Source: Oligoflexales bacterium (GTDB taxonomy: Bacteria > Bdellovibrionota_B > Oligoflexia > Oligoflexales > Bog-1112). From it: a stretch of 59,762 nt of DNA. The position numbers were made by a program, and so were the translations under genes. Below the pieces are notes generated by a model. That model did not search any database, was not told the DNA's origin, and worked only from the letters and a program-made list of their open reading frames with translations. The stretch lies in the NCBI GenBank assembly GCA_013215275.1, contig JABSRF010000002.1, positions 1 to 59,762 on the forward strand, read 5' to 3'. This document shows, piece after piece, positions 17,920 to 26,790 of the stretch (position 1 is its first letter; every line of letters starts with the position of its first letter).

Positions 17920-18819
17920 ATGAAGAAAACTGCCGAAAATCGCTACCCTCACTCTGCAACCTTATTTAAGTTTTGCAAGGAAGCTCTAGAAATACGCTAC
18001 GAGGGTAATGTAAAAGTCATAGATCAGGATGTTGGCTCGATTTTGGGTTATGATCCGGCAGACTGTAGTCATTGGAAAAAGGGTAAAAAGAATATTCATG
18101 CATTGGCTACTCTTAGAAGCATTGCTGATCACCTCAATCTAGATGAACGCCTACTAATTGAAATAGCAGCTGGAAAGATTGGTTTAGAGGAAGCTATTTT
18201 TGAATATCGTGGATACGGGAGCTTCGCTTTAGATGGGCAGCATTTAGAAAATCTTAAAAAAGACTTTTTTAAGAATCCAGGAAAGTGGAAGAAAGATAGC
18301 CTCAAATCGTTTGAAGAATTATTTGATATAGATCGAAACAAAGTCGTCGAGGCATCAGAGCAGGTCCTTCAATCTGGTCACTTTGAGGAAGCCCCCATAT
18401 ATATCCCAGAGGTATACCAACTCTATCCAAATTTAGTCTTAGAGAAAAATGAGTCTTTAGATATCAGCTATAAATGCATCCGTGAAGGAGAAGGTAAAAC
18501 TGCAAAGCTTCTCATTCAGTATAAAGGCCCTGAAATGCGTCCTTATATACGCTTTTTAGTGGCAAAGGAGTTTTTCAAATTTCTATCTGCAAATAAGATT
18601 GATTTCGGTGAACAGTTCTGGGGAGCTCCTCAAGAAGTTCAAGAGATTCAAGCAAATATTTTTGCAGGCAACCTACTTATTCCTGGAAGCCTTTTAAGAA
18701 AAGAGGTTGAAAGGGTTGATAGCTCAATAGATTTAGTCATGCAATTGGCTGAAACTTTTTGGGTGTCTAAAGCTTCGATGAATCAGAGGCTTAGAGATTA
18801 CCTTGAGTTCTTGAATTAA
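17920..18819 (+). CDS. HTH (XRE-like) plus ImmA/IrrE-like domain protein whose metal-binding motif appears lost
   Basis: The N-terminal VGSILGYDPADCSHWKKGKKN region is HTH-like. The C-terminal EIQANIFAGNLLIPGSLL matches the E-x-x-AN-x-FA-x-x-LL-x-P signature of DUF955/ImmA. The position of HExxH reads LVAKEFFKFL. Confidence 0.7.
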   Translation: MKKTAENRYPHSATLFKFCKEALEIRYEGNVKVIDQDVGSILGYDPADCSHWKKGKKNIHALATLRSIADHLNLDERLLIEIAAGKIGLEEAIFEYRGYGSFALDGQHLENLKKDFFKNPGKWKKDSLKSFEELFDIDRNKVVEASEQVLQSGHFEEAPIYIPEVYQLYPNLVLEKNESLDISYKCIREGEGKTAKLLIQYKGPEMRPYIRFLVAKEFFKFLSANKIDFGEQFWGAPQEVQEIQANIFAGNLLIPGSLLRKEVERVDSSIDLVMQLAETFWVSKASMNQRLRDYLEFLN

Positions 18820-18985
18820 TGATGAGTCACCTGAGTTGTTTGCCTTTCCATAAATACCTTTAGTTTTTCCTCTATATACATAAGCTAGGCAAATCCTTCC
18901 GAAATAAACAATAAAGAATTCTGACTGCATACCGATGTTCCTAGCAAAAGGGACAGAGTATCCTCATCTAACAAAGGGATTGTAA

Positions 18986-21022
18986 ATGGGGTCAGCCTTT
19001 AAACTACGTAATGGGTCGTTGTTGATCACCACAGAAGCTCCTGGTGGAATCTACAATTCCGAACAGTTAAAAAGGATAGCAGCATTAGCAGATGAAGACT
19101 CTGCAATTGTCAAAGTCACAGAAGATCAGCGCTTGGCTCTTTTTGTTGGGGAAGATAAAGCAGATAGTATTGTTGCTGAACTAAAAGAGATAGGCTTAGG
19201 AGTCAGGCATTATCAAGATGGCTTGCACCAACCTACCACCTGCATTGGGGAGTTGTGTCCTGATTATCAACAGGATGCGCTTGGGAGTGCTCTAAATATA
19301 ACAGAAGAAATGAGCCGCCTCAGTGTAGATAACCCACTAAAAATAGGAATTAATGGCTGCGCACAATGCTGTGTTCCCTGTCATACCCTCGACATTTCCA
19401 TTGTTGGCGATGAGCAAGGTTATAGGATCAGTATGGGTGGTAAAAACAGTCAAATTCCTGAGATGGCCACCTTTATGGCTGAAGGAGTGCCTGAGTCAGA
19501 ACTACCAGCTATGATTCACAATATTGTTCAGCTTTATAAGGATTCAGCAGGGGAAGGAGAGTCCTTACAAGATGTCATGGATCGGGTTGGTGTTTCAAAG
19601 TTTGCTGATGTCCTAGCCCCGTATAGCCAGGATGCTGCCGGGGGTGATGATTTGTTTGGTGCTGATGGCTCTTTTGGGCAAGAACCCCCTCAAGTAACTG
19701 CAACAGATGAAGATGCCGAGGTAGACCCGCTCGGGCAAGAAGGGCTTGAAGATGACCTTAGTTTAGATGACGAAGAAGAAACCAGCCTTGTTTCTGAGGG
19801 GGCTGATGGCGATGATTTTTCTGATCTGGAAGAGGTCGACGATTTTGATCATGGGCTCCTAGATGAGCAGGGTGAGGAAACAGCAGGCTCAGTTGAGGAG
19901 GTGAATGACCAGTTTATTGATGAAGACCTGGAGAGTGACTTTGTTGACAGTGATGAGCTGGAGTTGGAGGAAGAGCTTGATGAAGGTGATAAGCCGGATT
20001 TAGATAATGTTCAAGAGTTAGAGCTTGAAGAGGACGATGACTTTTCTGATGTCGATGAGCAAGAGTTAAACTCAGATCTCGATGTCGAAGAAAGGTTAGC
20101 TGCGGCAGAGTCAGAGGCAGGACACCTAGATCAAGAATTGGAATCGGAGCAACTGGATTCATTAGATGATGATTTAGAGTTTTCGGATTTTGACTCAAGT
20201 GGCGAAGATCTTGAAATAGGAGATGAGGAATTAGATCAATCCAATGTGGATGGTCTCAAAGTAATTGAGCCTGTTTCAGAAATTGAAAGCGTTGAAGATG
20301 ATGTTGTGATTGGAACCAGTGATCGCGAGGTTTTAGAGGGAGGAGCCGAAGCAGGGGAGGATAGTGACCCGATTGAGCAAGAGCTCAGTGAGGAGGATGA
20401 TTTTGACCTTAGCGAAATATCTGATGAGGACTTAGCAGATTTCGAAGAAGAATTGGATGACGATATCGAAGTTTCTGAAAACGCCGACGAAACGCCTCCC
20501 CCCGACCTTGAAGATGACCTGTTAGAGTCAGCTGATCTTGAGGAAAACGATACTTTGCTTTACGAAACCTCTGAATCTGAACTTGAGGAGATGGACGCTA
20601 AAGAGGCTGACGAGGTCGAGAAACGGATCAATGAAGATATCAAGGATTCTCAAATGATTCATGAGCCAGACTCAAACGAGAGGGACCGAAACGCCATATT
20701 AAGAAAGGTTGAAGAGGGAGACTCTAGTCATTTAGAAGAGCCTGAAAGTGAGCAGCAAGTGTCTTCCGTGAGTAATATTGAGAAGGGTAAGCCAAGGGTG
20801 AGCCAATTTCAATTCGAAGGTTTTGATGTTAAAGAAAATGGCGATTTTGTTATTTCATTCACATCAGGCGCACAATTCCAGTTTAATTACGACTTAATCA
20901 AAGATGGTCCAAGAAAGATAAAGCTAGGATCTCAATCCATATGCATAGGCCTTGATTCTGCTATGATATTTGTTGAGTTTGAGGATGGCCTTAAGATGAA
21001 CCTTCCACTAGTTGCCGCTTAA
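18986..21022 (+). CDS. Three-part protein: Cys-rich N-domain of about 213 aa (nitrite/sulfite-reductase-like Fe-S fold?), hyperacidic low-complexity region of about 385 aa, and a 79-aa C-terminal domain
   Basis: The N-domain has TCIGELC and GCAQCCVPC cysteine clusters and an overall layout like NIR_SIR half-domains. aa 214-599 are dominated by D, E, S and L (for example 21 D/E out of 43 in DDLSLDDEEE...DEQGEE). The frame stays open throughout. Confidence 0.8.
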   Translation: MGSAFKLRNGSLLITTEAPGGIYNSEQLKRIAALADEDSAIVKVTEDQRLALFVGEDKADSIVAELKEIGLGVRHYQDGLHQPTTCIGELCPDYQQDALGSALNITEEMSRLSVDNPLKIGINGCAQCCVPCHTLDISIVGDEQGYRISMGGKNSQIPEMATFMAEGVPESELPAMIHNIVQLYKDSAGEGESLQDVMDRVGVSKFADVLAPYSQDAAGGDDLFGADGSFGQEPPQVTATDEDAEVDPLGQEGLEDDLSLDDEEETSLVSEGADGDDFSDLEEVDDFDHGLLDEQGEETAGSVEEVNDQFIDEDLESDFVDSDELELEEELDEGDKPDLDNVQELELEEDDDFSDVDEQELNSDLDVEERLAAAESEAGHLDQELESEQLDSLDDDLEFSDFDSSGEDLEIGDEELDQSNVDGLKVIEPVSEIESVEDDVVIGTSDREVLEGGAEAGEDSDPIEQELSEEDDFDLSEISDEDLADFEEELDDDIEVSENADETPPPDLEDDLLESADLEENDTLLYETSESELEEMDAKEADEVEKRINEDIKDSQMIHEPDSNERDRNAILRKVEEGDSSHLEEPESEQQVSSVSNIEKGKPRVSQFQFEGFDVKENGDFVISFTSGAQFQFNYDLIKDGPRKIKLGSQSICIGLDSAMIFVEFEDGLKMNLPLVAA

Positions 21023-21156
21023 CTGCTTTTTTCTTCTTTCTTTTCGTTGAGTTGGTTCCATGTTGGCAAACTTTGGAGTGGTGTGCTGAAATACCAATAA
21101 GCCACGATTCCTGCAATAAACAAGATAGTAAAAACTATTGATAAAAATATGATCAT
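21019..21156 (-). CDS. Unlisted small membrane protein (45 aa): MIIFLSIVFTILFIAGIVAYWYFSTPLQSLPTWNQLNEKKEEKSS
   Basis: It is below the 60-aa cut-off of the ORF track. aggaga SD 5 nt before ATG 21156. One clear transmembrane helix followed by a charged tail. Its stop overlaps the stop of the convergent acidic-protein gene (ttaa at 21019-21022). Confidence 0.5.
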   Translation of the reverse strand: MIIFLSIVFTILFIAGIVAYWYFSTPLQSLPTWNQLNEKKEEKSS

Positions 21157-21195
21157 GGTGATCTCCTGATGTCTGGGAAGGTCAATATTTAAGTC

Positions 21196-22242
21196 TTACA
21201 AAAAGAATGCATAGAAATCGATGAATATTTCTTTTTGAACTGGATCGTCGGTCACGAATGTAAAGCTTCCGTGAACACTTCCAGAGTCTTTGCTTAAATT
21301 CTGCAAAGTCAGCTCTATTTCTTGGCCATTGCGACTGACTTTGCTAGCTTTCCAAGAAATTATGTCCTTTGGATCTTTAACCTCCAGTCCGTTCAAATGA
21401 AGATTTGCAGATCCCTCCTTAATGGAAAAATCACTTACAGAGTTCAACTTTATAAGGCGTTTTGATATTTTATTTTTACCTACAGCCCCAAACTCAATGT
21501 ACTCAGGTTTAGTGTTGATTGGCCCCTCTACGAATGCTCGTACCACTAGCTTAAATTGAGGCAGTGATTTGCTATTGGTATGGATTAAAATTTTGTCTTT
21601 AAGAAAGCCAATTTTTTCCTGTTTCTTTAAGGTGACTTTTAAATTCCAGTTTTCTTTGGACTTTTCATAGCTTACTTCGTATCTTGATTGGTCATAGCTA
21701 ACTTTAGAGATCTCTAGAGGAAACTTACTGACTGGAGAAATGATGATGTCCTCAGACTTGTCTGTGCCAGTTGAGATATTCCCAAAATCTAACACAGGTT
21801 TATTAACTAGATAATCAGCAACGATGTTTGCTTTTAAACTCAAAGTTCTATTAGGACTTAATTTTTCATTGGTCATGACGGTAACAGCTTTGTGGGTGAT
21901 GCCCACAAAAGCACTGGTATCAAAGTTAATATCGATATAGCCATGTTCGCCCTTCGGGTATGGCTTATCAAATTCGGACTCAATGGCAGTGCACCCACAA
22001 GTCGCGTGGATTCCTAGTATTCTTAGAGGCCCCTCTCCGGCATTTTTAAAGTGAAAGCGGTAGTTGAGTACTTGACCTTGAGCAACTTTTCCAAAGTCTA
22101 CGCTTTGGTTGAGAAACTTGATTTTACCCGTGTTTTTGGATTTTGTTGGAACGACCGCCCATAGCTTGCCCGAAAAAATTAAAAAAATCAGAATTGAGAC
22201 CGAGGTCAATATTAATTTTTTTGGACTTAAGTTCATTTTCAT
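21196..22242 (-). CDS. Secreted DUF1573-domain protein (multiple Ig-like/PapD-like repeats)
   Basis: Signal peptide LILTSVSILIFLIFSGKLWA. The GIHATCGCTAIE motif (CGCT) is characteristic of DUF1573. Confidence 0.8.
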   Translation of the reverse strand: MKMNLSPKKLILTSVSILIFLIFSGKLWAVVPTKSKNTGKIKFLNQSVDFGKVAQGQVLNYRFHFKNAGEGPLRILGIHATCGCTAIESEFDKPYPKGEHGYIDINFDTSAFVGITHKAVTVMTNEKLSPNRTLSLKANIVADYLVNKPVLDFGNISTGTDKSEDIIISPVSKFPLEISKVSYDQSRYEVSYEKSKENWNLKVTLKKQEKIGFLKDKILIHTNSKSLPQFKLVVRAFVEGPINTKPEYIEFGAVGKNKISKRLIKLNSVSDFSIKEGSANLHLNGLEVKDPKDIISWKASKVSRNGQEIELTLQNLSKDSGSVHGSFTFVTDDPVQKEIFIDFYAFFL

Positions 22243-22422
22243 TTCCTTTGAGTCAATTGTGTTAGGAATATTTTATCACTTCTTTTTCTCAAGAGTCCGC
22301 CATCTATTCCGACAAGCCTTATAAAGACTTTAGCCAATCCTTGCACAGATTGGCCCGTTGGTCCCTAATTTTTTTGATGTGAAGGGCTTAGTGTCTCTTC
22401 CATCCAGACTGAGGAAAGTGTA

Positions 22423-22713
22423 ATGGCAAAAAATAAAAGTCAATTAAATAAAGAGCTTGCTAAGTATTATAGCCACTTACTCATAAACAAGACAAAAAGG
22501 GCAGGCTTTTCTTTCATTTTTATTGCCGTTTATGTTGTGATGGTGATGGTCATTGCCAACCATGTAATGGAGCAGGATAAATCGTGGGTTTATACTGCTG
22601 TTCCTGTTGTTTTGCTGGGAATTCCCCTTATGCTTTACCCACCAGTTGAGCAGTGGGTTTATAAGCCGTGGCAGGCAAAAGCGCAAAAATACGAGAGACA
22701 TTATCGGGATTAG
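22423..22713 (+). CDS. Small two-transmembrane membrane protein, hypothetical
   Basis: Two hydrophobic segments (FSFIFIAVYVVMVMVIA and YTAVPVVLLGIPLMLY). gaggaaag SD-like sequence upstream. Confidence 0.6.
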   Translation: MAKNKSQLNKELAKYYSHLLINKTKRAGFSFIFIAVYVVMVMVIANHVMEQDKSWVYTAVPVVLLGIPLMLYPPVEQWVYKPWQAKAQKYERHYRD

Positions 22714-22722
22714 CGTTTTGAT

Positions 22723-23691
22723 ATGATAGAGCTGCGATACATTGGTGTTTGTATTGTTTTTAGTCTATGTGCCTGTGTTCACAACCCACAATTTGTGTCG
22801 AATTTTTCCAGCCACTGGCCTACCCTCAAAAAGCAGGTCATATCACAGGATCTTGAGCTGGAAGCTTTTTATGCTCAGGGTCCATTCTCTTTCAGAGAAT
22901 TTTTAGATTTTAATATCACAATATCTCCAAAGCACAGGGTGAATACTGATTTCTTTCGAACCAGCAACCGCTTCAACCCAGCTCTTGCCGTAATCGTTCA
23001 TGGGAATGGTTACAATAAGTTTGCTCATAGAGTCCAAGCAGAACGAATTGCTTCTTGGGGGTTTCACTGCCTGGTGCTGAACCTACCTAACCGCAATTAT
23101 TGGCTTGAAAATGGTAAGAAGATTAAGCGTCTTATTTCCCTGATTAGGTCTTATCCCCGTCTGTTGGCTAGAAATATAAACCCAAATAGGATTTATTTAA
23201 TCGGACACTCATTTGGTGGCTCAGCTTCTGTGCTTGCAACAGGTTATGGAGCCCCTGTCAGAGGGTTAATCTTATTGGATCCTGCCATGGTTCATGACTC
23301 TGTGAAGGATGCCCTTCCAAGAGTCTCAGTTCCATCGGTAATTTTGGGAGCTGATAAAAGGGTCTTCAAATCTAAGAGGAGATCACAATTTTTTCAGCAT
23401 ATTGGTGGACCAATTGCTGAGGTCAGTATTATAGGTGCTACCCATACTGATGCACAATATCCGAGTATTCACAAGGTTCATTGGGGGTTTGATTTAGTGA
23501 CTAATCGGCATATTCAGAATAGATTTCTTGGTGCCCTCATAGCTAGTTTGTTTAGCTTAACGAGCTCTGATAGGTTGGAATTTGCATGGTACCTTTTTAG
23601 AAAAGAGATCAAGAAAGGTCATATGAAAAAAGCCAGGGTAAAATTTGTTCCTGATGGGGTGCATGCCTCGTTAAAAAAGCTCCGCTACTAA
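22723..23691 (+). CDS. Alpha/beta-hydrolase (possible lipoprotein)
   Basis: Nucleophile elbow LIGHSFGGS. Downstream D (LLDPA) and H (GATHTD) candidates. N-terminal CIVFSLCAC is lipobox-like. Confidence 0.75.
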   Translation: MIELRYIGVCIVFSLCACVHNPQFVSNFSSHWPTLKKQVISQDLELEAFYAQGPFSFREFLDFNITISPKHRVNTDFFRTSNRFNPALAVIVHGNGYNKFAHRVQAERIASWGFHCLVLNLPNRNYWLENGKKIKRLISLIRSYPRLLARNINPNRIYLIGHSFGGSASVLATGYGAPVRGLILLDPAMVHDSVKDALPRVSVPSVILGADKRVFKSKRRSQFFQHIGGPIAEVSIIGATHTDAQYPSIHKVHWGFDLVTNRHIQNRFLGALIASLFSLTSSDRLEFAWYLFRKEIKKGHMKKARVKFVPDGVHASLKKLRY

Positions 23692-23752
23692 TCTATCTTG
23701 CAATCTGAAGAATGCCTTTCCGACGCATTGGTGAATGACCTGTCCTGTCCTA

Positions 23753-26251
23753 TTATCCAAGGAGTGTATCTTGCTGCAAAGAATGCGGGATGCTCAGCTC
23801 ATGTTGCCATTGACGGTCAAGCCTTAGCTTTGAATACTCCGGGGAGAGAATCCATGCCTCTAAGTCCCAAATCAGATAAATGGGGGCTCGCATTTTTTTT
23901 AGTGAATAAATAGCGAGGTAGTGACTCTGGTGGATCAAAGTAGCTAGTCGTACGACAAAGCATGAAATTGCCCTAAAACCTTGCTCATCACTGAGGCGTT
24001 GGCATATGTGGCTGAGGTCCTGCCATGCGCTTCTTTGCTCGGGTTCTAGAGTTTTAATCCATTTACCGAGGCTGTGCTCTTTTGCAAAAGGCTGCCATCC
24101 TTGGGATGGCTTCGGTTTGAGCTCTTTAATTGCTTGGCTGATATTTGACAGACGCCACTTCCAACTTGCCATACCCATACGATGGCAAATGATCGCGACT
24201 AAATGATTCCAAGGGTTGGGCAGCACGATCTCGCCAAATGCAGGGGTAGCAAAGCCCTTGCTACTAGCTTGGCCCGCAAAGCTATAGTCTCTTTTAGGCG
24301 TCGCTAGCCATTTGATGGACTCTAATGCTTGATTGATCTTGCCGCTTTCTTTCAGACGAAAGTGGTTGAAACTAAACTTGTCGATCTGAATCATCTTGTC
24401 GATATGCGATAGGAGGATGGGAACTTGAACACCTAATTTCAAACATGCCCAAATGAGCCTGACTTCTTCGGTCTGGAAGCCGATCAGGCATTTGTCAATT
24501 TGCCTCGGGTTAGGCTCTATACAAGGGTATTGTTTCTTGTGTTCTCCAGAAATTTCCCAGGCAATTTTAATTGGTTCTGGAACGGAGCAACGATTTTGTA
24601 AGACACTGATTGAGCGCCATGCCAGATCACTTTTATTTCTTTTGACACTCAAATGCCACAGTCGCTCTAGCTCCTTGTTGGTAAAATGGTTATGAGATGA
24701 TTTATTCTTAAGAAGGCATAGGAGCTCTAATTCATGAGCTTTTTTGTCTTGAGCAATCTGCTGAAACTCAGTCAACGCGTGTGAAGGAGGCTTGGTATAT
24801 GGTGCCTCCAGGTATGAGGTAATTTCATCACAGCTTAAGTTCAGTGGGTGTTTACAGGCCTGAACTAGCTTTGACAGCTTTTGCTTTTTACTTGGTGACA
24901 AATCTTGGCAGGTTTCTATACAATCGTGGAGCCATTCCCACATGGATGACCATAATTGAAACCCTTGAGGTTTATTGGAGCTCTCCTCATGGAGCTTGAG
25001 CAGCTCTTGCCTCGCATTAAACAACATGTCCTCGTTAAATTCTTGTAGAGTACTGAGGAAGCAGTGAACTTTGGCAATAGCAGCCAACGGTACAAGTTCA
25101 TCCTGTTTTCCTTTATAAACTGAAAGCGGGCGCCAAAGAGCTAGGTCTAGCTCCATAGGCCTGAGTTTAAACGTATTGTCGCAGAATACTCTACTTAAAT
25201 TAGGTAGGAGCTTGCTTAGTTCAGCATAGCGGATCAAGAGCTTGCTCAGCTGTTCCCAAGCAATCCCATCTTCCGGCAGCCACTCCAATGGGTTGTTCAG
25301 TAATGCATTCAAAGCAAGGAGGTCTTTTGCATGAGCGGGCTCAGCTGTTCTGATTTGTTCCAAAAAGCTTTCAAATAGATTTAGTTTAGCTTGCCAACTA
25401 GACGCACCTGATAGACGAGAGTAAAAGGTGCTGTTTTTGAAAAAATCTTGGTGAGTCCCTAGGCTGTGAAGTAGTTTTAGTCCTTCTTTATATTCAGCAG
25501 CTACAGGTGGAATTGCTTTAATCAGGCGACTTCCTTCTTCAACCCTCCCAAGTCGTATGGCCTGCCTGGCTGCTAAAAACTGGACACTATGCAGAGACAA
25601 GCCAATTTGTTGGCCGATTTCCTTTATTCCTGTTTCAATCGATTTTTGATGAGTCCTAAAGAATAACCAGCATAAACTAGCTTGTTCTTCTTTGTTGAGG
25701 TAGACAAATAGAAGCAGTTTTTCAAAGGCTTGCAACCAGGACTGATGTTGATTATCAGCTAGATAAACCCAAACCTTCCCGCTTTTGTGGTGACTCCACA
25801 TATAACTCAACATTTGAGCTCTGACCGCAGGGTGTATCTTTTCATAAATTTTCTTGGTGTTAGATCCCAAGAGTTTTTCGAGTACTCCGCATGCTTCGTC
25901 TAGACCTCCGTACAGAAAAGCTATTTCAATTAGGTTTGCACCGGTTTTTCCCGTTGGATGGTGATGAAATAGCTCCCAAGCTCTGGTAGCAATGGCTTGC
26001 CAGTCTGCATTAGTCTTAATGAGTTTTCTGAGTTCTAGCTCAACCTGTTCACGTGACTTACTCTTGTTGGTCTTAGTTGGGCTCTTAACTCTTGGCTCTG
26101 ATTCAGGTTTCGGGATGTAGTCGCCAAGCTTGTTAAGGAGCTCACTTTTCATGTAGTCAAGGATGGAAGGGGATAGCTCTAAAGAGCTGGCTTTTCTATA
26201 GGCTCTTATCCATTTTAAGGAGTCGCTCAAGGAGGCTTGCTTGTCATCCAT
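23753..26251 (-). CDS. Large hypothetical protein (832 aa), predicted all-helical and W-rich, no recognisable domain
   Basis: Long uninterrupted ORF. No motif I can assign. Confidence 0.7.
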   Translation of the reverse strand: MDDKQASLSDSLKWIRAYRKASSLELSPSILDYMKSELLNKLGDYIPKPESEPRVKSPTKTNKSKSREQVELELRKLIKTNADWQAIATRAWELFHHHPTGKTGANLIEIAFLYGGLDEACGVLEKLLGSNTKKIYEKIHPAVRAQMLSYMWSHHKSGKVWVYLADNQHQSWLQAFEKLLLFVYLNKEEQASLCWLFFRTHQKSIETGIKEIGQQIGLSLHSVQFLAARQAIRLGRVEEGSRLIKAIPPVAAEYKEGLKLLHSLGTHQDFFKNSTFYSRLSGASSWQAKLNLFESFLEQIRTAEPAHAKDLLALNALLNNPLEWLPEDGIAWEQLSKLLIRYAELSKLLPNLSRVFCDNTFKLRPMELDLALWRPLSVYKGKQDELVPLAAIAKVHCFLSTLQEFNEDMLFNARQELLKLHEESSNKPQGFQLWSSMWEWLHDCIETCQDLSPSKKQKLSKLVQACKHPLNLSCDEITSYLEAPYTKPPSHALTEFQQIAQDKKAHELELLCLLKNKSSHNHFTNKELERLWHLSVKRNKSDLAWRSISVLQNRCSVPEPIKIAWEISGEHKKQYPCIEPNPRQIDKCLIGFQTEEVRLIWACLKLGVQVPILLSHIDKMIQIDKFSFNHFRLKESGKINQALESIKWLATPKRDYSFAGQASSKGFATPAFGEIVLPNPWNHLVAIICHRMGMASWKWRLSNISQAIKELKPKPSQGWQPFAKEHSLGKWIKTLEPEQRSAWQDLSHICQRLSDEQGFRAISCFVVRLATLIHQSHYLAIYSLKKMRAPIYLIWDLEAWILSPEYSKLRLDRQWQHELSIPHSLQQDTLLG

Positions 26252-26348
26252 AGCAACCTTTCTCAGTGGGTAGGTCTGAAATTTGTCATGATTGAGCTTA
26301 GGGTTTTTATTTTAGCACAGAAACTAAAGGCGTAAACTCACCAAGCCC

Positions 26349-26786
26349 TTAAGGTTTGGCTCTGCGTTTTCTGAAGAAATCTTTTAGGAGCTGGGAGCAT
26401 TCACTGCCAAGTTTATGCTCCTCAACTTGGAAATTATGATTTAGCCTTTGATCACTGTGGATTTCATAGAGGCTCCCCATTGCCCCTGCTTTCGGGTCCT
26501 TTGCGCCGATGATAACTCGCTCAATCCGTGCTTGATAGATAGCTCCAGCGCACATAAGGCAGGGTTCAAGGGTGACAAAGAGCTGGCAATCATTCAGCCT
26601 CCATGAGCCCAGGTGATTGCATGCTCTTTCTATAGCAATCATTTCGGCGTGATGACTAACCACCTGAGTAGACTCTTTGGTATTGAAACCTTCTCCAATG
26701 ATCTGCCCTTCAAAGACAATCACTGCTCCTACAGGCACTTCTCCTTTTGAGCCAGCTATTTTAGCCAGCTCTAATGCTCTTTCCAT
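26349..26786 (-). CDS. tadA: tRNA adenosine(34) deaminase
   Basis: HAEMIAIERA and TLEPCLMCAGA zinc motifs. ATG at 26786 (MERALELAK...) removes the 89-nt overlap with the upstream gene and leaves a 4-nt gap. Confidence 0.92.
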   Translation of the reverse strand: MERALELAKIAGSKGEVPVGAVIVFEGQIIGEGFNTKESTQVVSHHAEMIAIERACNHLGSWRLNDCQLFVTLEPCLMCAGAIYQARIERVIIGAKDPKAGAMGSLYEIHSDQRLNHNFQVEEHKLGSECSQLLKDFFRKRRAKP

Positions 26787-26790
26787 TGGA

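Noticed and set aside
22300-22335. Sigma-54-like motif on the minus strand upstream of the DUF1573 gene (gggccaatctgtgcaagg)
   Set aside because: GG to GC spacing is one base short and the -12 element is GTGCA, not TTGCA, so it is below what I would call a site. A similar near-miss (ttggaagactcttgcc, about 53540) also has the wrong spacing.
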